DNA of 64,000 nt from Callorhinchus milii (Eukaryota): assembly GCF_018977255.1 (NCBI RefSeq), contig NW_024704742.1, positions 73,720,001 through 73,784,000 of the forward strand, in the 5' to 3' direction. Every line of letters begins with the position of its first letter. Position 1 is the first letter of the stretch. The position numbers and the translations under genes were made by a program. Of the stretch, positions 1 to 13,311 are shown piece by piece. Below the pieces are notes generated by a model that saw only the letters and a list, made by a program, of their open reading frames with translations, searched no databases and was not told the origin of the DNA.

Positions 1-61
1 TCAGGTGCTTTTAAGGTCACACATATCTCCAAGTCACGGCTCTGCAAATAACCATGTTGGT

Positions 62-409
62 GAGAACTACTGCGTAGATAGTAATTTGCAGATTCAACTG
101 TATACTTCTCACATCTGAAGCATGTTAAACCTGATAATTCCACCTAGCTTTAGCCTGTGAGAATATCTTATCTGAAAAAGTAAGATTGCTTAGAATTGTG
201 GAAAATTCCAAATTCAGCCTTGATTTGAAAGAACTATGGAAAATGTCTTCCAAATTGTAACTGAATTTAAGAATTTTCCACAATTCTATGTGATCTTACA
301 TTTTTAGGTCAAAATTAATGTAACAGGTTAAGAATTTCAGGCTTAATGTGCTTTAGATATGAGGAGTATACAATTGACACTGCACATTACTCTCTGTGAG
401 GTAGTTCTC
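62..409. mobile_element. ~350-bp palindromic (fold-back) element, old MITE-like
   Basis: 62-140 is the reverse complement of 331-409 with scattered mismatches. A perfect 18-bp inverted repeat lies at 191-208 / 271-288, with the loop near 235-244. Confidence 0.75.
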
Positions 410-811
410 GACAGCCAATCATTGTTACATTTTAGGATGAAATTGTCTCACAGGATAAGACTAGGTGAAATTAATGGCCTCAATTACCTCAATAAAAATG
501 GACATTAAAATCTTAATAGAAATAAGATGGAGATGATTTTTGCTATTTCTCACAACCTCAAGAAGAGGTGATGCTTTGAATTTGCTGCATTAACTTTACT
601 TATCAAAATTATATTGACAAGTAAAGAAACGCTTCACTTCAGTTGGAGAGTTAAGACGAGAATGCATGAAATTAAAACTGGAGCTCAGCCAATAATAGGA
701 GAATCCAGAAAACATTCTTTTCTGGGGGGTCAAGAGAAACATGGAATGAACCGCCCCAGAAGGCCATATATAAAAAATTGTTGTTTGAGGCATTCAAGGC
801 AGAAACATACA

Positions 812-1065
812 TAATAATAATAATAATAATCCTTGCATTTGATATAGCGCTTTTCACGTCGGGAGGACGTCCCAAAGCGCTTCACAGAATATACTGTAAA
901 GTGAGTTGACTGTATATTTGTGGGCGAACGCGGCAGCCAATTGCGCACAGCAATGTCCCACAAACAGTCGTAGATTGAAAATGACCAATTTAATTATTGT
1001 TTTTTGGTTTTTTTGGAGGGATTATTATTAGGCGTGTGGAGTAAGGAAACTTGCCCAAGGTTTCC
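812..1065 (-). mobile_element. Young tRNA-derived SINE (Deu-type 3' region, L2-like tail), head missing
   Basis: Near-identical to the 3' part of 19040-19368; (TTA)n tail. Confidence 0.9.
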
Positions 1066-2849
1066 ACAAACAAAGATACTTGGAAGTAAGAATATTAAGG
1101 AAAACAGGGAAAGGAAAATGGAATGATAGAATGGCCATAGACTTAATGTGTGTACAGGCTCACAGGCCAAATATTTCACTCTTGCTCCTATAAACACTGC
1201 AATTTTCTACTTTAGGTTTCCATCACAATATATCTTTCCATCAAAATATATCTTCCGACTAACATCTTGACGGTTAGAATGAGCTGGATGAGAGCAGCTT
1301 GTTTATGTGCAGCACAAGTGTTATTAGGTAGGATTATCATGGTCACATAACAAAAGAAAATTGGTCAATATGAACATGCTATGATACAAATCTGATCTTG
1401 CTCCCTCTCTTTCATTTAATTTCCACTCAAGCGTGAGGATTAATAACAATGTTGGGAAATCCAAACGGGGGCACATTGATTAAAAACCCAAATGCCATTG
1501 CCACTCCTAATGCAATACCAAGCCAAAGAAAGGGAATTTCTTCGGTTGTCTTGGCCAACAATCCTCCAGATAAATTGGTCATTTACTTCATGGCTGTGAG
1601 ACGCCAATATGCACAAATTATCTGCTACATCTGTCTACAAGTACTACACTTGACAACCTGTGAAGTACGTTGAGGCATTATAGGTGCTATAGCAAATGCA
1701 GGAGTTATAATTATTAGTAACTAAACACAATACAAAATAGTGTTTCATTAAAAAATTATATACAGGTCCTGCTTCGAGTAATCATCAAGTGTTTTATACG
1801 TAATGAAACAAGTAATAAAACAATGCAATATGTATTCCTCATTTACTTTACCAAAAGTCAAATGATTTTGTCCATTAAATTCATAGGCAAGAATGCAGGT
1901 CTGGTTCTTCAAAATGCCCTGCTGTTTTCAATTCCCCAATACGATGAATGGTAGCGCACATTACCATTAAATGATATCAGTTTAAAATGTAAAATCTGAG
2001 ACACCACTTGTCTTCTTATATAGGCGAGTGCCAGATATTCACAAATTAACAACAAATTAACTGCACGTCTGGTTGAACAACTGTAATTCTAAATCCAAGA
2101 ATTACACTAATATTGTACTGTATTTTTTTATTCCGCATGAGAATATTTTTAAGACACAGGCTTGTAACATGTGAAAGGAAACATTTGCTGAGAAAGAGAG
2201 AGAGGGCATGAAAAACAGACTCCCACCTACAGAGTCAGAGATGAGATGCTATTTCTACAATGAATAGGATAATTATTTAACATGGTCATGTGTACAAGAG
2301 TGAGTTTTACCTGCAATGCGAGGTGACTGCTGATCAAAACATTAACATGTAATACTCAGCCAATCAAAATAGTATTTTGTCCAATACTAACTGAACAGAG
2401 GGCAACTTTACAAAACACTGCTGGTGAATGATTCTCAATTCTCCCAAAATGTTATTTTTGTAAAAGCAAAATCACTTTGAACAAACGTATAAGATATTAA
2501 TAATCAAATCTAACTTTTAAAAAAACGTTTGATTAAGCTTACAAAATGTAAAATATTATGGAAAACCATGATGTGGTGTTTACATAATCATCCTTACATT
2601 TGATATAGCAACTCATCATGCTCTCAAGATGTCTTAATGTGCTTCACAGGATTTATATAGTGTGTTAGTACTCAGGTAGAATATCCTCTTCAGTGATCTG
2701 AGACAGCCAGTTCTGTGAATTCCCTCCCATTCTACGGAGGGGTAGAATCAACGGTGATACAGCAACAACTTATGGTTATATATAGTATCACAAAATCATC
2801 TGTAATAAAACAGTTTGGTAGACTTAATAACTTAATGACAAACACTTTT

Positions 2850-3815
2850 GTAATTCTAAACACTTCTCCCCCTTAAATGTCTCTTTAATGAAAAAAGGCC
2901 TAAACTATCCAATCTATCCTAATAGTAGTACCCTGCCATCCCTGGTATTATTCTCGTAAATTTATGCTGTACTCTCTCCATCACTGCTATATCTTTCCTA
3001 TAGTCTGGAGAATTCGCTACAATTCCCTTCACTGTTTATCATGCCCTCCAGTTTGGTGTCATCTGCAAATGTTGACACCACACCTCCCATACCTGAATCC
3101 AAATAATTTATGTACATGGTGAACTGTAGCAGTCCAAACACGGATCCCTGCAGAACACCACTTCCTATTTCTTTCAAGCTTGAGAAGATGCCCTTAACTC
3201 AGTGGTGGTCAATGTATGGGCCTGGGGCCAGAAGTGGCCTGTGGGGCTGACAAGAAATGGCCTCACTCCCACGATTCCACATGCCTTTATTTTAGTCATC
3301 GATCATGGCGACAGATCATCATCTGCCATGAAAATGATGGTTCTCACTCACACGGATCTGGATGTCTAAATACTATTAAACACTTGAACTGAATAAAATT
3401 AAGTACTTCTAAATACAATTATCATCATTCTTCCACATGTTAATTGTTCACATTTCCCTCTATTTTATTTATCTTCAAATAATTTGATAAGGTTGGTCAA
3501 GCATGACCTTCCTTTTGTAAATCCATGCTGGCTGTTCTTAATTATATTTTCCTTCTCCAGATGCCTAGTTAGTTCATCTTTTATTATAGAGTCTAATACC
3601 TTGCCCACAACCAACATTAAGATGACTGGTCCATTGTTGTCTGGATTAGTTTGATCACCCTTTTTATATTTAGGTATTACATTGGCCATTCTCTAATCCC
3701 CTGGCATGATTCCTTTCTCTACAGAGTTATTAGATATACCAGAGCCTCAACTATCTCCTCCCTAGCTTCCCTAAGGATCCATCTGGGCCAGGTACTTTGT
3801 CCTCTTTAAGCTTGT
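2850..3815 (-). mobile_element. CR1 LINE reverse-transcriptase fragment, interrupted at about 3200-3460
   Basis: ORF 3465-3689 has ANVIPKYKKGD...SQHGFTKGRSCLTNL. The downstream part has the QGS and ADD motifs (about 3050-3155). Confidence 0.9.
3200..3460 (+). mobile_element. hAT-like non-autonomous element fragment nested in CR1
   Basis: Begins CAGTGGTGGTCAA...GGGCCTGGGGCC, which resembles hAT/Charlie left ends, and breaks the CR1 homology. Confidence 0.45.
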
Positions 3816-4102
3816 AGTAGACTATAAACTAGGAGAACGACTGCTGCTCCAAAATAGCAATGGAAGGAGGGTCCCTTTATGCTAATCTGATTCACAATGT
3901 AGACTGAAGCTGAAACTAATCAAAGAATGGGACACATAGATGATAAAACTGCATTCAATATTGAATGTTAAAAAAAAATCCACATGAGCTGACAATGAAA
4001 ATGAGGTTATATTTGAGAAAGATCAGAGTTTCGTCTTCATGGCCAACAATCCACCAAATAAAATTGGTCACTCACTTCATGGCTGTTTGCAGGACATTGA
4101 AA

Positions 4103-4270
4103 TGTGTGAAAGCATTGCCACCATCTTCCTGCTTACAACTCGGACACATGTCCCTACCTATTGAGCAACAGTTCTACCATTTGGAGGTGTGGAGCTTGAG
4201 CAGCAGCTGCGTACCTCTCTGCAAATCAATCAAGGTAGATATCAGCATTGCATGAAGTATTTGGTTGAAA
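4103..4270 (-). mobile_element. Non-LTR retrotransposon ORF2 C-terminal fragment (CCHC zinc knuckle)
   Basis: Translates to QLLLKLHTSKW...GRDMCPSCKQEDGGNAFTHF. Other copies at 5085-5226, 28110-28310 and 61400-61655. Confidence 0.6.
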
Positions 4271-4409
4271 GTAAAAGTAGACAAACACAATGCAGGCGGG
4301 TTTCCCCTTAGCCTTTCAATTAGATATGGGTACATGGCTACAAATCCCCAATACAGCAAGCTCACAGTCTCAGGTAGACTGTTGAGATTTAATTAACTCG
4401 AATGTATAG

Positions 4410-4590
4410 CCTGAAAGGGAGGTGGAAGCCGATTCAATAACAACTTTTAAGACAGAAGTAGATAATTATTTGGGGAGGACAAGTTTTCAGGGCTAAGGGG
4501 AGAGAGCGGGAGAGTGGGATTGAATTGGATAGCTCTTTTCAAAGATAGACCAAATGGCCTCCTTCTGTGCTGTATAATTCTTTGATTCTA
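4410..4590 (+). mobile_element. CR1 3' end
   Basis: Ends CCAAATGGCCTCCTTCTGTGCTGTATAATTCTTTGATTCTAT, the same tail type as 50990-51030. Confidence 0.8.
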
Positions 4591-5084
4591 TACAGCAAAT
4601 CAGCAAAACATTTCCCACATGAAGATCAAAATATCAGCCTATGTTATTCCACTCTTGCAGTGATTACAGTAGCAATGGCAATGGTAGAAGATCATTTGTT
4701 TTAAGTGATACTTAATGGAGGGTAAATTTAAAGAGGGAAAAAAAGCAATTAACATACAGAAATCAGCAGCCTATCCCAACTTTGCTCATAAATTGCATAC
4801 ATTTTTCTAATTGGTATTTCTAACGAGTCAGAATAAAATGTCAGTAATTGCAGAAAGTCAAACTAAATCCGATGACAGTTTACAGAATTCCCCGGTTAGT
4901 ACATTTTAACGTTTAATTAACAAGCGTTTGGGACTGTCCACAAATTTCCACAAAAGCCACAAACTAAGACCTCTACACTGGGGAATTTTGCTCAAAGTTA
5001 TGGACATTATTTGAGTCAGAGGACATTATTAATGATAAAAATATCACTACAAGAGAGGGAGTTGCTGGAACAGCAACCAACTGC

Positions 5085-5226
5085 TTCAAATAACCAAGTG
5101 TTGGTATCGACCATGATTGGTTGGCAGAGATGTAAGCTTCTGCTGCTCAAGCTCCGCACCTTCAATTGTTGCTGAATGGGTAGGGATGTGCGTCCGAGTC
5201 GTAGGCAAGAAGATGGTGGCAATGCT
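5085..5226 (+). mobile_element. Second copy of the CCHC LINE fragment, inverted relative to 4103-4270
   Basis: Reverse-complement match to 4111-4245. Confidence 0.65.
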
Positions 5227-5389
5227 TCAGGTCCCTATGATCTGGTCCCTTCTTTTTGTGTTATCTTTCTATTTCATTCCTGTGTTTTAAGTCTCCCTTC
5301 AAGAAACAGACTAGACAGACAACCTGCTTGTTGAGTTGGCTAATAGGAGATATGAAGAACTGGTTTGAGATGATTTCTGCTCCCTGTAT

Positions 5390-6005
5390 TAACAAGCACC
5401 CTTCACACGGGGTAGTGTCTCAGAGTACTTGACAGTGACGGGGGGTTCCAGCCGAGCTATGGAGAGAGAGGGGAAGTGACTGTCGGCATGGCCGAAGAAG
5501 AAGGTCTTTGCATGCTACCTGAAGATGGGCAAAGAGGAAACGAGACAGAGGGGTTTGAGCCAGAGAGTTCCAAGAGTTTCAGGGAATAATGGTTGAAAGT
5601 GTGACCGCCGCTGGTAGAGTGGGGGCAGAAGAGGCATGTGAAGAAGGCCAGAGCCAGCTGAGCGAACGGGGTAGAGGTAGGGGTGTAAGCAGGTCAGAGA
5701 GGTAAGGAGGTGCTAAGGTGTGAATTGGTTTGTAAGTGTGAGAATTTTTAATTAATCTGTTCTGCAACAATNAAAATAATTTTGTATATAATAATAATAA
5801 TAATCCTTGCATTTGATATAGCGCTTTTCACGTCGGGAGGACGTCCCTAAGCGCTTCACAGAACACACTGTAAAGTGAATTGACTGTAAATTTGTGGGCG
5901 AACGCGGCAGCCAATTGCGCACAGCAATGTCCCACAAACAGTCGTGGATCGAGTGACCAAATTACTTATTTAATTATTTTAAATAGGGAGCCAGTGGAGC
6001 CTGGC
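5390..6005 (-). mobile_element. Old L2 3' fragment with a nested SINE 3' half (about 5790-5960)
   Basis: L2 C-terminal motif LAPPYLSDLL. The SINE core and tail interrupt it. Confidence 0.8.
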
Positions 6006-7609
6006 TTTATCTAATTATTTATCTAATTCTCAATTCCCTAATCTTCTTAACTCTTCCAATAACAAAGTCAAGATCAGGCACTATTTAAGAAATCACAGGC
6101 GCAAACATACTTGCTGCAAACTCTGTGCCACAGCACATCAGAGCTCCAACAAGGTACGTCACCACACCAAGCCACAACACACAATATACAAAAGCCATCA
6201 TGCTCAGCTTGAACAGCAACAAAGCTCATTCCCAGTGTTACAGAAATGATTTATGAGGAATGACTGTAAAAGATGGAACTATTTAATCTCATACGTTAAC
6301 AAGGAGACCTTGGGAGATCTATAAAATGCTAAATGTAGTAGCGAAAGTAAACCCAAAAAAGAGAACAATATTTTTCAAATAAACCGTAATAGCAGCATAA
6401 AACATCACAGGTTCAGAATTATGGGTACTTGGAGGTCAGACTGTGTACATAAAGGATATAAACAACAAGTTTAATGCTATAATGGAATGTCTTGGTATTC
6501 TTCCTTCTATTCAACATGCATTATAGAGTCAAGGCACAGTAAAACAAAAGCTTATAGCAACTTTCTTCCAAAAAGAAAACACTGAGAGCCATTTAGTTTC
6601 CTAAAGGTCAAGTTGACATATAATAGGCAATGCAGTTTGATACAACACTATCCCAATTACTCAGTTGCAAATTCTCCAAGCATCCTAAACTATCAAACTC
6701 AACAGATCATCCCGACAATCCATTACAATTGGAACTCCTTGACCAGGTATATTTACATGCAACAATATTTATTACAATATAGAACACAGGAAAGAGCCGA
6801 ATATCCACACAAATTGGGACCAGTCCCAATGCAGATATGAAATATGAAAACAGTCCAGTTCATTACATGAAATACAATGTACAATATTAGCCAAAACATC
6901 TTCCACCAAGAGTTACACTGTCCTTATTGGACAAAACAGTGTCAGCGCTTCACACACTCACCTCTCCCTCACAGCGTCAGCCTTCCCCCAACCCTATATT
7001 CTTTCTGTATCAGATCTCGTTCACTAATTCTTGCTGTCACTTAGATGTGCACTCAAGGAAAAATAGCCCTCTGCTGGTTGAATGTGTATATGTGTATGTA
7101 CACATTTACAGATTCTCACAAGTTCACTACTTCCTAACCTCAACACATGTTACAGTTAAGTGGACATATGATTATCCTACGTGCAGATATGGGTGCTCAT
7201 TTTTATGTTTTCCACTCATTTTAGTAGCTGACCTCATAGTTAGCCTAACCAACACAATGATGAGATTGTAACAATAGATATACAACATTAAATGAAAATC
7301 AGTTACTGAAAAATGTACTGAGTGTCACGGACAAACAGAATTGACAAAATTAAAGGTGGAGAAAATATCTGGCATACATTATAAAATACAGTAACAGTAA
7401 TACAAAAATTAAGCCAGGGTGTTATTTCAAAGAAAATCTTTATAATTTCACAAGTAAGTGTTTGAACTGGTTGCTTTTCTTCATTCAACGATCTGATACA
7501 GTACATTATGAAGAGACATAGAGAGCCAGAGAAAACACAGAGAAATAAGCAGAGAAAAAAGCAGTGTGGTGTGGAGAGGAAAGGTCTGGCCCAGCGTGTT
7601 GTACAGCAG

Positions 7610-7700
7610 GTTGTTGGTTAGTAATATACATTACCGACAGAGGTTGTTCATTGATAATATACATTACTGACAGAGGTTATTGGTTAGTAACATACATTAT
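7610..7700 (+). repeat. Minisatellite, ~33-bp unit x ~3
   Basis: GTTGTTGGTTAGTAATATACATTACCGACAGAG repeated with variation. Confidence 0.8.
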
Positions 7701-7779
7701 ATTGTTTGTGATGATAACTTAACATCAGTATTGTTTTCATGTGCACATGTCCAATTAGTGTAGCAGTCATTTAACTTTT

Positions 7780-8172
7780 TACTGTTTCCCCATCACCGAA
7801 TAGATCCTCACACGCATTTTCAAATCCTTCACTCTCTGGCAGCTCCCTTCCCCTCCGACCTCCTCACTCCCCAATACATCACCTGCCACCTCCACTTGAC
7901 TGCTACCGGCCTCCTGCTTGTCTCTCGCACCCTCCGCCCCACCATTGGAGATTGTGCATTCAGCCACTGTGCCCTGAAACTCTGGAATGCTCTCACTCAA
8001 TCCCTCCACCTTGCCCCGACTCTCCCCTTTTTCAAGTCCCGCCTTAAGACCTTCCTTTTTGACCGTGCTTACAGTCACCCTCCACCAGCGTCAGGCTCCG
8101 CCACTGTTAAACACTCTGAGATGCTACCCTGTGTGGAGGGCGCTATATAAGTGCAAGACATTGTTGTTGTTG
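7780..8172 (+). mobile_element. L2 LINE 3' end
   Basis: LWNAL...FKSRLKTFLFD C-terminus, GGCGCTATATAA, (TTG)n tail. Confidence 0.9.
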
Positions 8173-9581
8173 TGTACTGTAACTCCATCATTTTGAGAAT
8201 GTGAAACGCTCACAGCTGAAGCTGTGTTTTAGGCTACTTCGTCAGCTCTTATCCAGTAGAAAAAATATATGCCAGGAAGTTTTGATATAGATTACAACAA
8301 TCAAACAGACAGGCTCTACACATCTTAACTAAATGTAAATTAAATAAAAGGAAGAAAATAGAACTGTCCAGAGAAGCTGGAAAACTGTGCGAATTGTGGG
8401 AACAAAATAACTCAGTTTTAATAGTTCTTTTTAATAACTGTGGAAAACTGATTTCCAAATAAAGATTAAATTCAAGAAATTTCTACAATTCTACAGAATC
8501 TTGCATTTTAATTGGGCGGAATATCAGGCTAAAATTGGCTAAAATTGGATGGAATTTTGGGTGCTCAATATTTGTCAATGAATGTAAAAGGATTTATAAC
8601 ACACAGTTACAGGCATCCCCGACTATATCCCAGAAAATAATTTCATATAGCACACGTCTCGTCAGCAGGAAAGACATCTCAAAACACTTCCTAGGATATA
8701 CTGTAAAGTGAAGCGATTTTTAAACATACTTACTTAAAGGTTAAGTTATTTTAAAATTGGTTAGACTGCAAAGCCTATGCATCAATATAAACGATATAAG
8801 GTGCTAAATCAAGTGCCTGGATTATTATTATTATAAACCACTTTCTCGATATTTTTGGAAATGGGGTTTGGAATTGAAATCGATGCCCTTGAAACCTGAT
8901 TTATGCTGAACTTTCAATGTGATTTGAGGAGAAAATAGCACCAAATCGATGCTAACTTTGTAGTATAAATAGACTCTGCAGGCAGGAAGCAACAAACTGT
9001 TGAAAGATATTTTTGTCCTGACTGCAAAAATTTGTTTTACGACTAATCTTTGCTGCCTCAGTGAGAAGTACAAAGTCGCAAGTCTCCAAATGAAGAAAGG
9101 AGTGTGGCTATTTTGCTGGTGGCTGTATAGAAAACATTTGCACTAACAGCAGACAGGTCAGATTCCTGCTGTTATTCAGTCCACTATCACAGCATTGACA
9201 CCTCTTGCCAGTATTAACATAGTCATGTTTTGAGATCTAAGTATATTACAATGCCATTACCTAGTCTTCCAGACTTAAACATTCATAAACTCTGAGAGCA
9301 GTGATCTTTTAACACATAAATACAAGAAATTTCTTCAATATATTTCAAACCAAAAGAGATTCCCTCTGAATATAAATGGTTAGTCTTAGAAATGGAAGTC
9401 TAAGAAATGGACTACATGTCATAAGCCAGTCTTGAACACGTATATAGGAGTCTTGGTAGAATGCGCCCAGTTAAACACAAGCCCATTTTGAACTTGGATC
9501 TATAATGCCAGAAGTGTGGAAAGCAATGGCTGATTTCTGATTTGTCAGATTATTGTTAATGTAATTTCCTGTGCTGCACTA

Positions 9582-9893
9582 TAATATAATAATCCTTGCA
9601 TTTGATATAGGGCTTTTCACGTCTTCTAGACATCTAAAGCGCTTCACAGAATATACTGTAAAGTGAATTGACTGTATATTTGTGGGCGAAATGCGGCAGC
9701 CAACTGCACACAGCAGTGTCCCACAAACAGTCGTGGATTGAAGCGATCAATCTTATCATTGCTTTTTTCCATCTTGAGGGATTATTATCAGGTGTGTGGA
9801 GTAAGAAAACTTGCCCAAGGTTTCGCCCTGCCGGGAATCTAACCCAGGTCCCTCGCTTGCGAGGCAAGTGCACTAACCACTGAGCTACAGGAT
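9582..9893 (-). mobile_element. Full-length tRNA-Ala-derived SINE (CGC-anticodon head)
   Basis: Head TAGCTCAGTGGTTAG...CCTCGCAAG; shared core and (TTA)n tail. Confidence 0.9.
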
Positions 9894-11087
9894 ATAATGC
9901 ACTGCACATTATGTGCAGGTATTTCCACAGGCATCATCACAAGTAGCAGAGGCAAAAAGGGGCATGGCAAAAGGGTGGAGCAATGGGATTCAAAGATCTG
10001 CCAAGATTTAATAAACTGGTGGAAAATGCTTGATGGGCTCCTCCTATTCCTTATCAACCTGTGCCTAATACCCTCTCTAAATAACTAATGCATCCCTCCA
10101 GGGGAAAGTGTGCATTCCATTCCAGACCCAGGGAAAGTTCCATGTGTAGGTGGCATAAATAAGTGGAACACTCAGTCTAATTTGGTTACTCACTTTTGCT
10201 GATGATGGGTGTCCACATGTCAGATACCTGGCTACCAAAACAAGATGCATTTACCCAAACTCACCTTTAAAGAACTAGCATTACAGTCAGTTTTTTTTAA
10301 AAAAGTTAGGACACTACTGATGGTAATTCATGTGTGTTGTGCAATACATGCAGAAAGAACCACCAATGATATATTCTGCATGCTACATCTGCTCACTATT
10401 TGAAGAAATGCCACTGATGGAAATTTCTTTGTGATATGTCAGCAGTGCTTCCTGTGCATTTGTAGCTTCTGAGCTTTAGACCTAGAGGACCATGTCATAA
10501 TAATAATCCTTGCATTTGATATAGCGCCTTATCACATCTTTGAAACGTCTCAAAGCACGTCCCAGAATATTTGTTTTGCAAACCTATATGGAACTGAATC
10601 GGGGCTAGTCTGTCAATCTGCATTGAGATAGAACAGTTACATACACACTTCAATCTAAAACATACTTGTAAAGAGAATCTTGTGATCTCTTCAACTATAA
10701 AGGATAGCAGCTGAATTTTGCCAGGCTCAATAGCTTTTGCCCACACAGTAATTTCTATAACTTTCGCAACTTGGCCTTATGTTTTCTTGCAGTCACAATT
10801 CGCTCTTGAAGGGTGGTGATTTATTTCAATATTGGTACCACTTTACAATATTTAGGTCAGACACCTTCAGAATGCCTCTTCGTCAAAATTGATCCTTAAA
10901 CTTGTTTGGCCACTTATTTCTGAGATCACTCATTTATAGGTAATATTTCTTTCTATTGATCTAGTGAGCATCAACCACCTTAGCACTGAGGAGGTCTAGC
11001 GGGTAGATGGAGGGAATCAATATCTGATGGAGAAAGTCAACAGATTTGTTTTGCAATATCAAAAACAGTAAATGTCTGTAGTATATC

Positions 11088-11498
11088 CAATTGAAGGTCC
11101 TCACATACAAAGCCCTCCATGGCCTCGCCCCACCCTACCTCTGCGACCTCCTAACCTCCTACCAACCCACCTGTTCCCTTTGCTCAGCCGGCTCCGGCCT
11201 GCTCCATGTCTCCCGACCCACCCGCCCCACCATTGGCGTGAGAGCCTTCAGCCACTCTGCCCCCAACCTCTGGAATTCCATCCCCCAGTCACTCCACCTC
11301 GCCTCCTCCTTAGCCTCCTTCAAGTCCCGCCTCAAGACCTTCCTCTTCGACCATGCCATCGGCCACCCCCCTTCCCCTCCCCTCCCTTACCCCTCCCAAC
11401 CCCAGCGCGGATCTGAAATGCTGTACTCTGTCCAGAGTCTTGGGATGTCCTCCTGACGTAAAAGGCGCTCTACAAATGTAATCTTGTTGTTGTTGTTG
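11088..11498 (+). mobile_element. L2 LINE 3' end
   Basis: KVLTYKALHGLAPPYLCDLL...FKSRLKTFLFD, (TTG)n tail. Confidence 0.92.
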
Positions 11499-11869
11499 AA
11501 GACTTTAAACATCAAACTTACAATATTTGTATCACTGAATCCTGAGGCACAGAAGATTGTTGTTCACACAAACTGCAATGGGTTACAATCTAAAGGAGGT
11601 TAAGGCCAGACTGAGCCTTAATACTTCAGCCAAATCCTCTTCAGTGCATTTTGAAGACCCCAATATATTACTTTATGCCATGATCACTGACTGCTGCTCA
11701 CACCACAACTATAGTTTTCACTTACACAGTCCTTCATTTCAATCCTATAATAATGTCAAAAGACTAAAAAACACCGAAACATTGTATTTCCAGCAGTACA
11801 AAGAGATGACTTTTCAAGACATTTACCCAGTTTAATATTGTGTTCTTGTGGGTAGCGCTATAAAAGATC

Positions 11870-12230
11870 ATAATAATCCTTACAGTTGATATATCGCCTT
11901 GCACTTTGAGTGGGTGTTTCAAAGTGTCCACAAACAGCCATTAAAGTGAAATAACCAATTTTGCCTGAGGGGCTGTTGGCCAGGACACGGGTAGAAACTC
12001 CCTTCTCTTTACGAATAGTGTTATAGGATCTTTAATATCCACCTGAACAAACAGATGAGATCTGAACTCAGTTTAGTGTCTCATCCAAAGGAGAACACCT
12101 TCAACAATGCAGCACTCCCCCAGCACTGCATTTGAGTGTTAGCTTGAACTGTGAGTTTAAAATCCTAATATGGGGCATGAACCTTCGAACTTGGAGATAA
12201 TGCTATCAACTGAACCAGGCTGACAGCTAA
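11870..12230 (-). mobile_element. Old DeuSINE (full Deu domain, SacSINE/AmnSINE-like)
   Basis: Reverse complement has TTCAGGTGGATATTAAAGATCCTATAACACTATTCG; same family as 22165-22580. Confidence 0.75.
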
Positions 12231-12766
12231 TATAAATATTGCTTATAAATCAACAAGCATGGCTTTATGAAAAAAAAACAGATCAAGTCTCTATGAAATT
12301 TCCTCTACACATCCATCTTTATAAAATAATATTTAGATAAAGTAGTCCTGCCATTTCATCATTAGCTCGACTACCAATTTTGGATGTTCAATCAGTTTAA
12401 TGTAAAGAATCTCAAAACAATGTTGCTTTGTCATCATTCTTGGCTACACTATAAAATAAGACAGCAATGAACATACATTTGTTTTCAAGGGTTACAAAAT
12501 TCTAGTAGAATTATAAAACAATGAATAACTCAGAAACCGGCTTGGATGTTATAGGTCAATATTTTCCCTAATTTTCTAATAAGGTTCACATTTTTTTTAA
12601 ACACAGGGAGGGAGAAAGAGTTGGTACAGAAGATATAGATCTGAGGAGAGCAGATAAAGAATGAGTGCCAAAGTTGGCAAGAACTGAAATGGCAACTGCC
12701 ATGCTTAACCAATGGTTCTCCTGATTTGCTTTCCATTTACAAGGGTCAAGCAATAAAAACACATAC

Positions 12767-12791
12767 CTGTACATCTTTAGTTTTAGAAACC
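12767..12791 (-). CDS. Putative 25-nt microexon, (R)VSKTKDVQ
   Basis: ctcacttactatttttaag|GGTTTCTAAAACTAAAGATGTACAG|gtatgt. Good donor; phase 2 in, phase 0 out; continues the exon-2 ATG frame without a stop. Confidence 0.5.
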
Positions 12792-13311
12792 CTTAAAAAT
12801 AGTAAGTGAGACAGTATTGCTGTAGGTTAAGATGAAGTGGTATTTTATGATTGTCAAAGATGATGCAACAACTTCTGAAAGGAGAAAAAAAATTAATTGT
12901 GTTGCACTGTCAATAATGATGAATTCAATCACTGGAGAATGAATGTTACTCAGCATACAGCTTTCTTTGATCTTTAGATAAAGGAGAGCTAAGGAACAAA
13001 CCAAAAGTCAAGGTTGTCCATTGGTTCAGTGACCTTGAGAGAGAGGCCAGGGAGGTTGAGAAGGTCAGAGTCAGAAGTAAGGAGATGTTGACGGGAGCCA
13101 AGGAGGATGGCTTCAGTGTTATTCGTATTTACTAACAGAAAATCGTGGCTCATCCAGACCACGATGTCTGACGGGCAAGTGAACAGAACATCAATTGACC
13201 TGGATCTTAAGCAAATTTCCTTTTAACACTACTCTTCTGCTGATTCTCACAACATTAAATTTCTCTGTATTAAACAGCATCTGCCTCCATTTGCCCAAAT
13301 CTAGATGATCT

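Noticed and set aside
2311..2329. Candidate 19-nt exon CAGTCACCTCGCATTGCAG (QSPRIA), minus strand
   Set aside because: Phase-compatible, but the pyrimidine tract is weak and the donor mediocre (GTAAAA); not supportable without transcripts.
10666..10776. Open frame GQVAKVIEITVWAKAIEPG...FSLQ ending in CAA|GTATGT, minus strand
   Set aside because: Good donor but no polypyrimidine acceptor, and no homology recognised.
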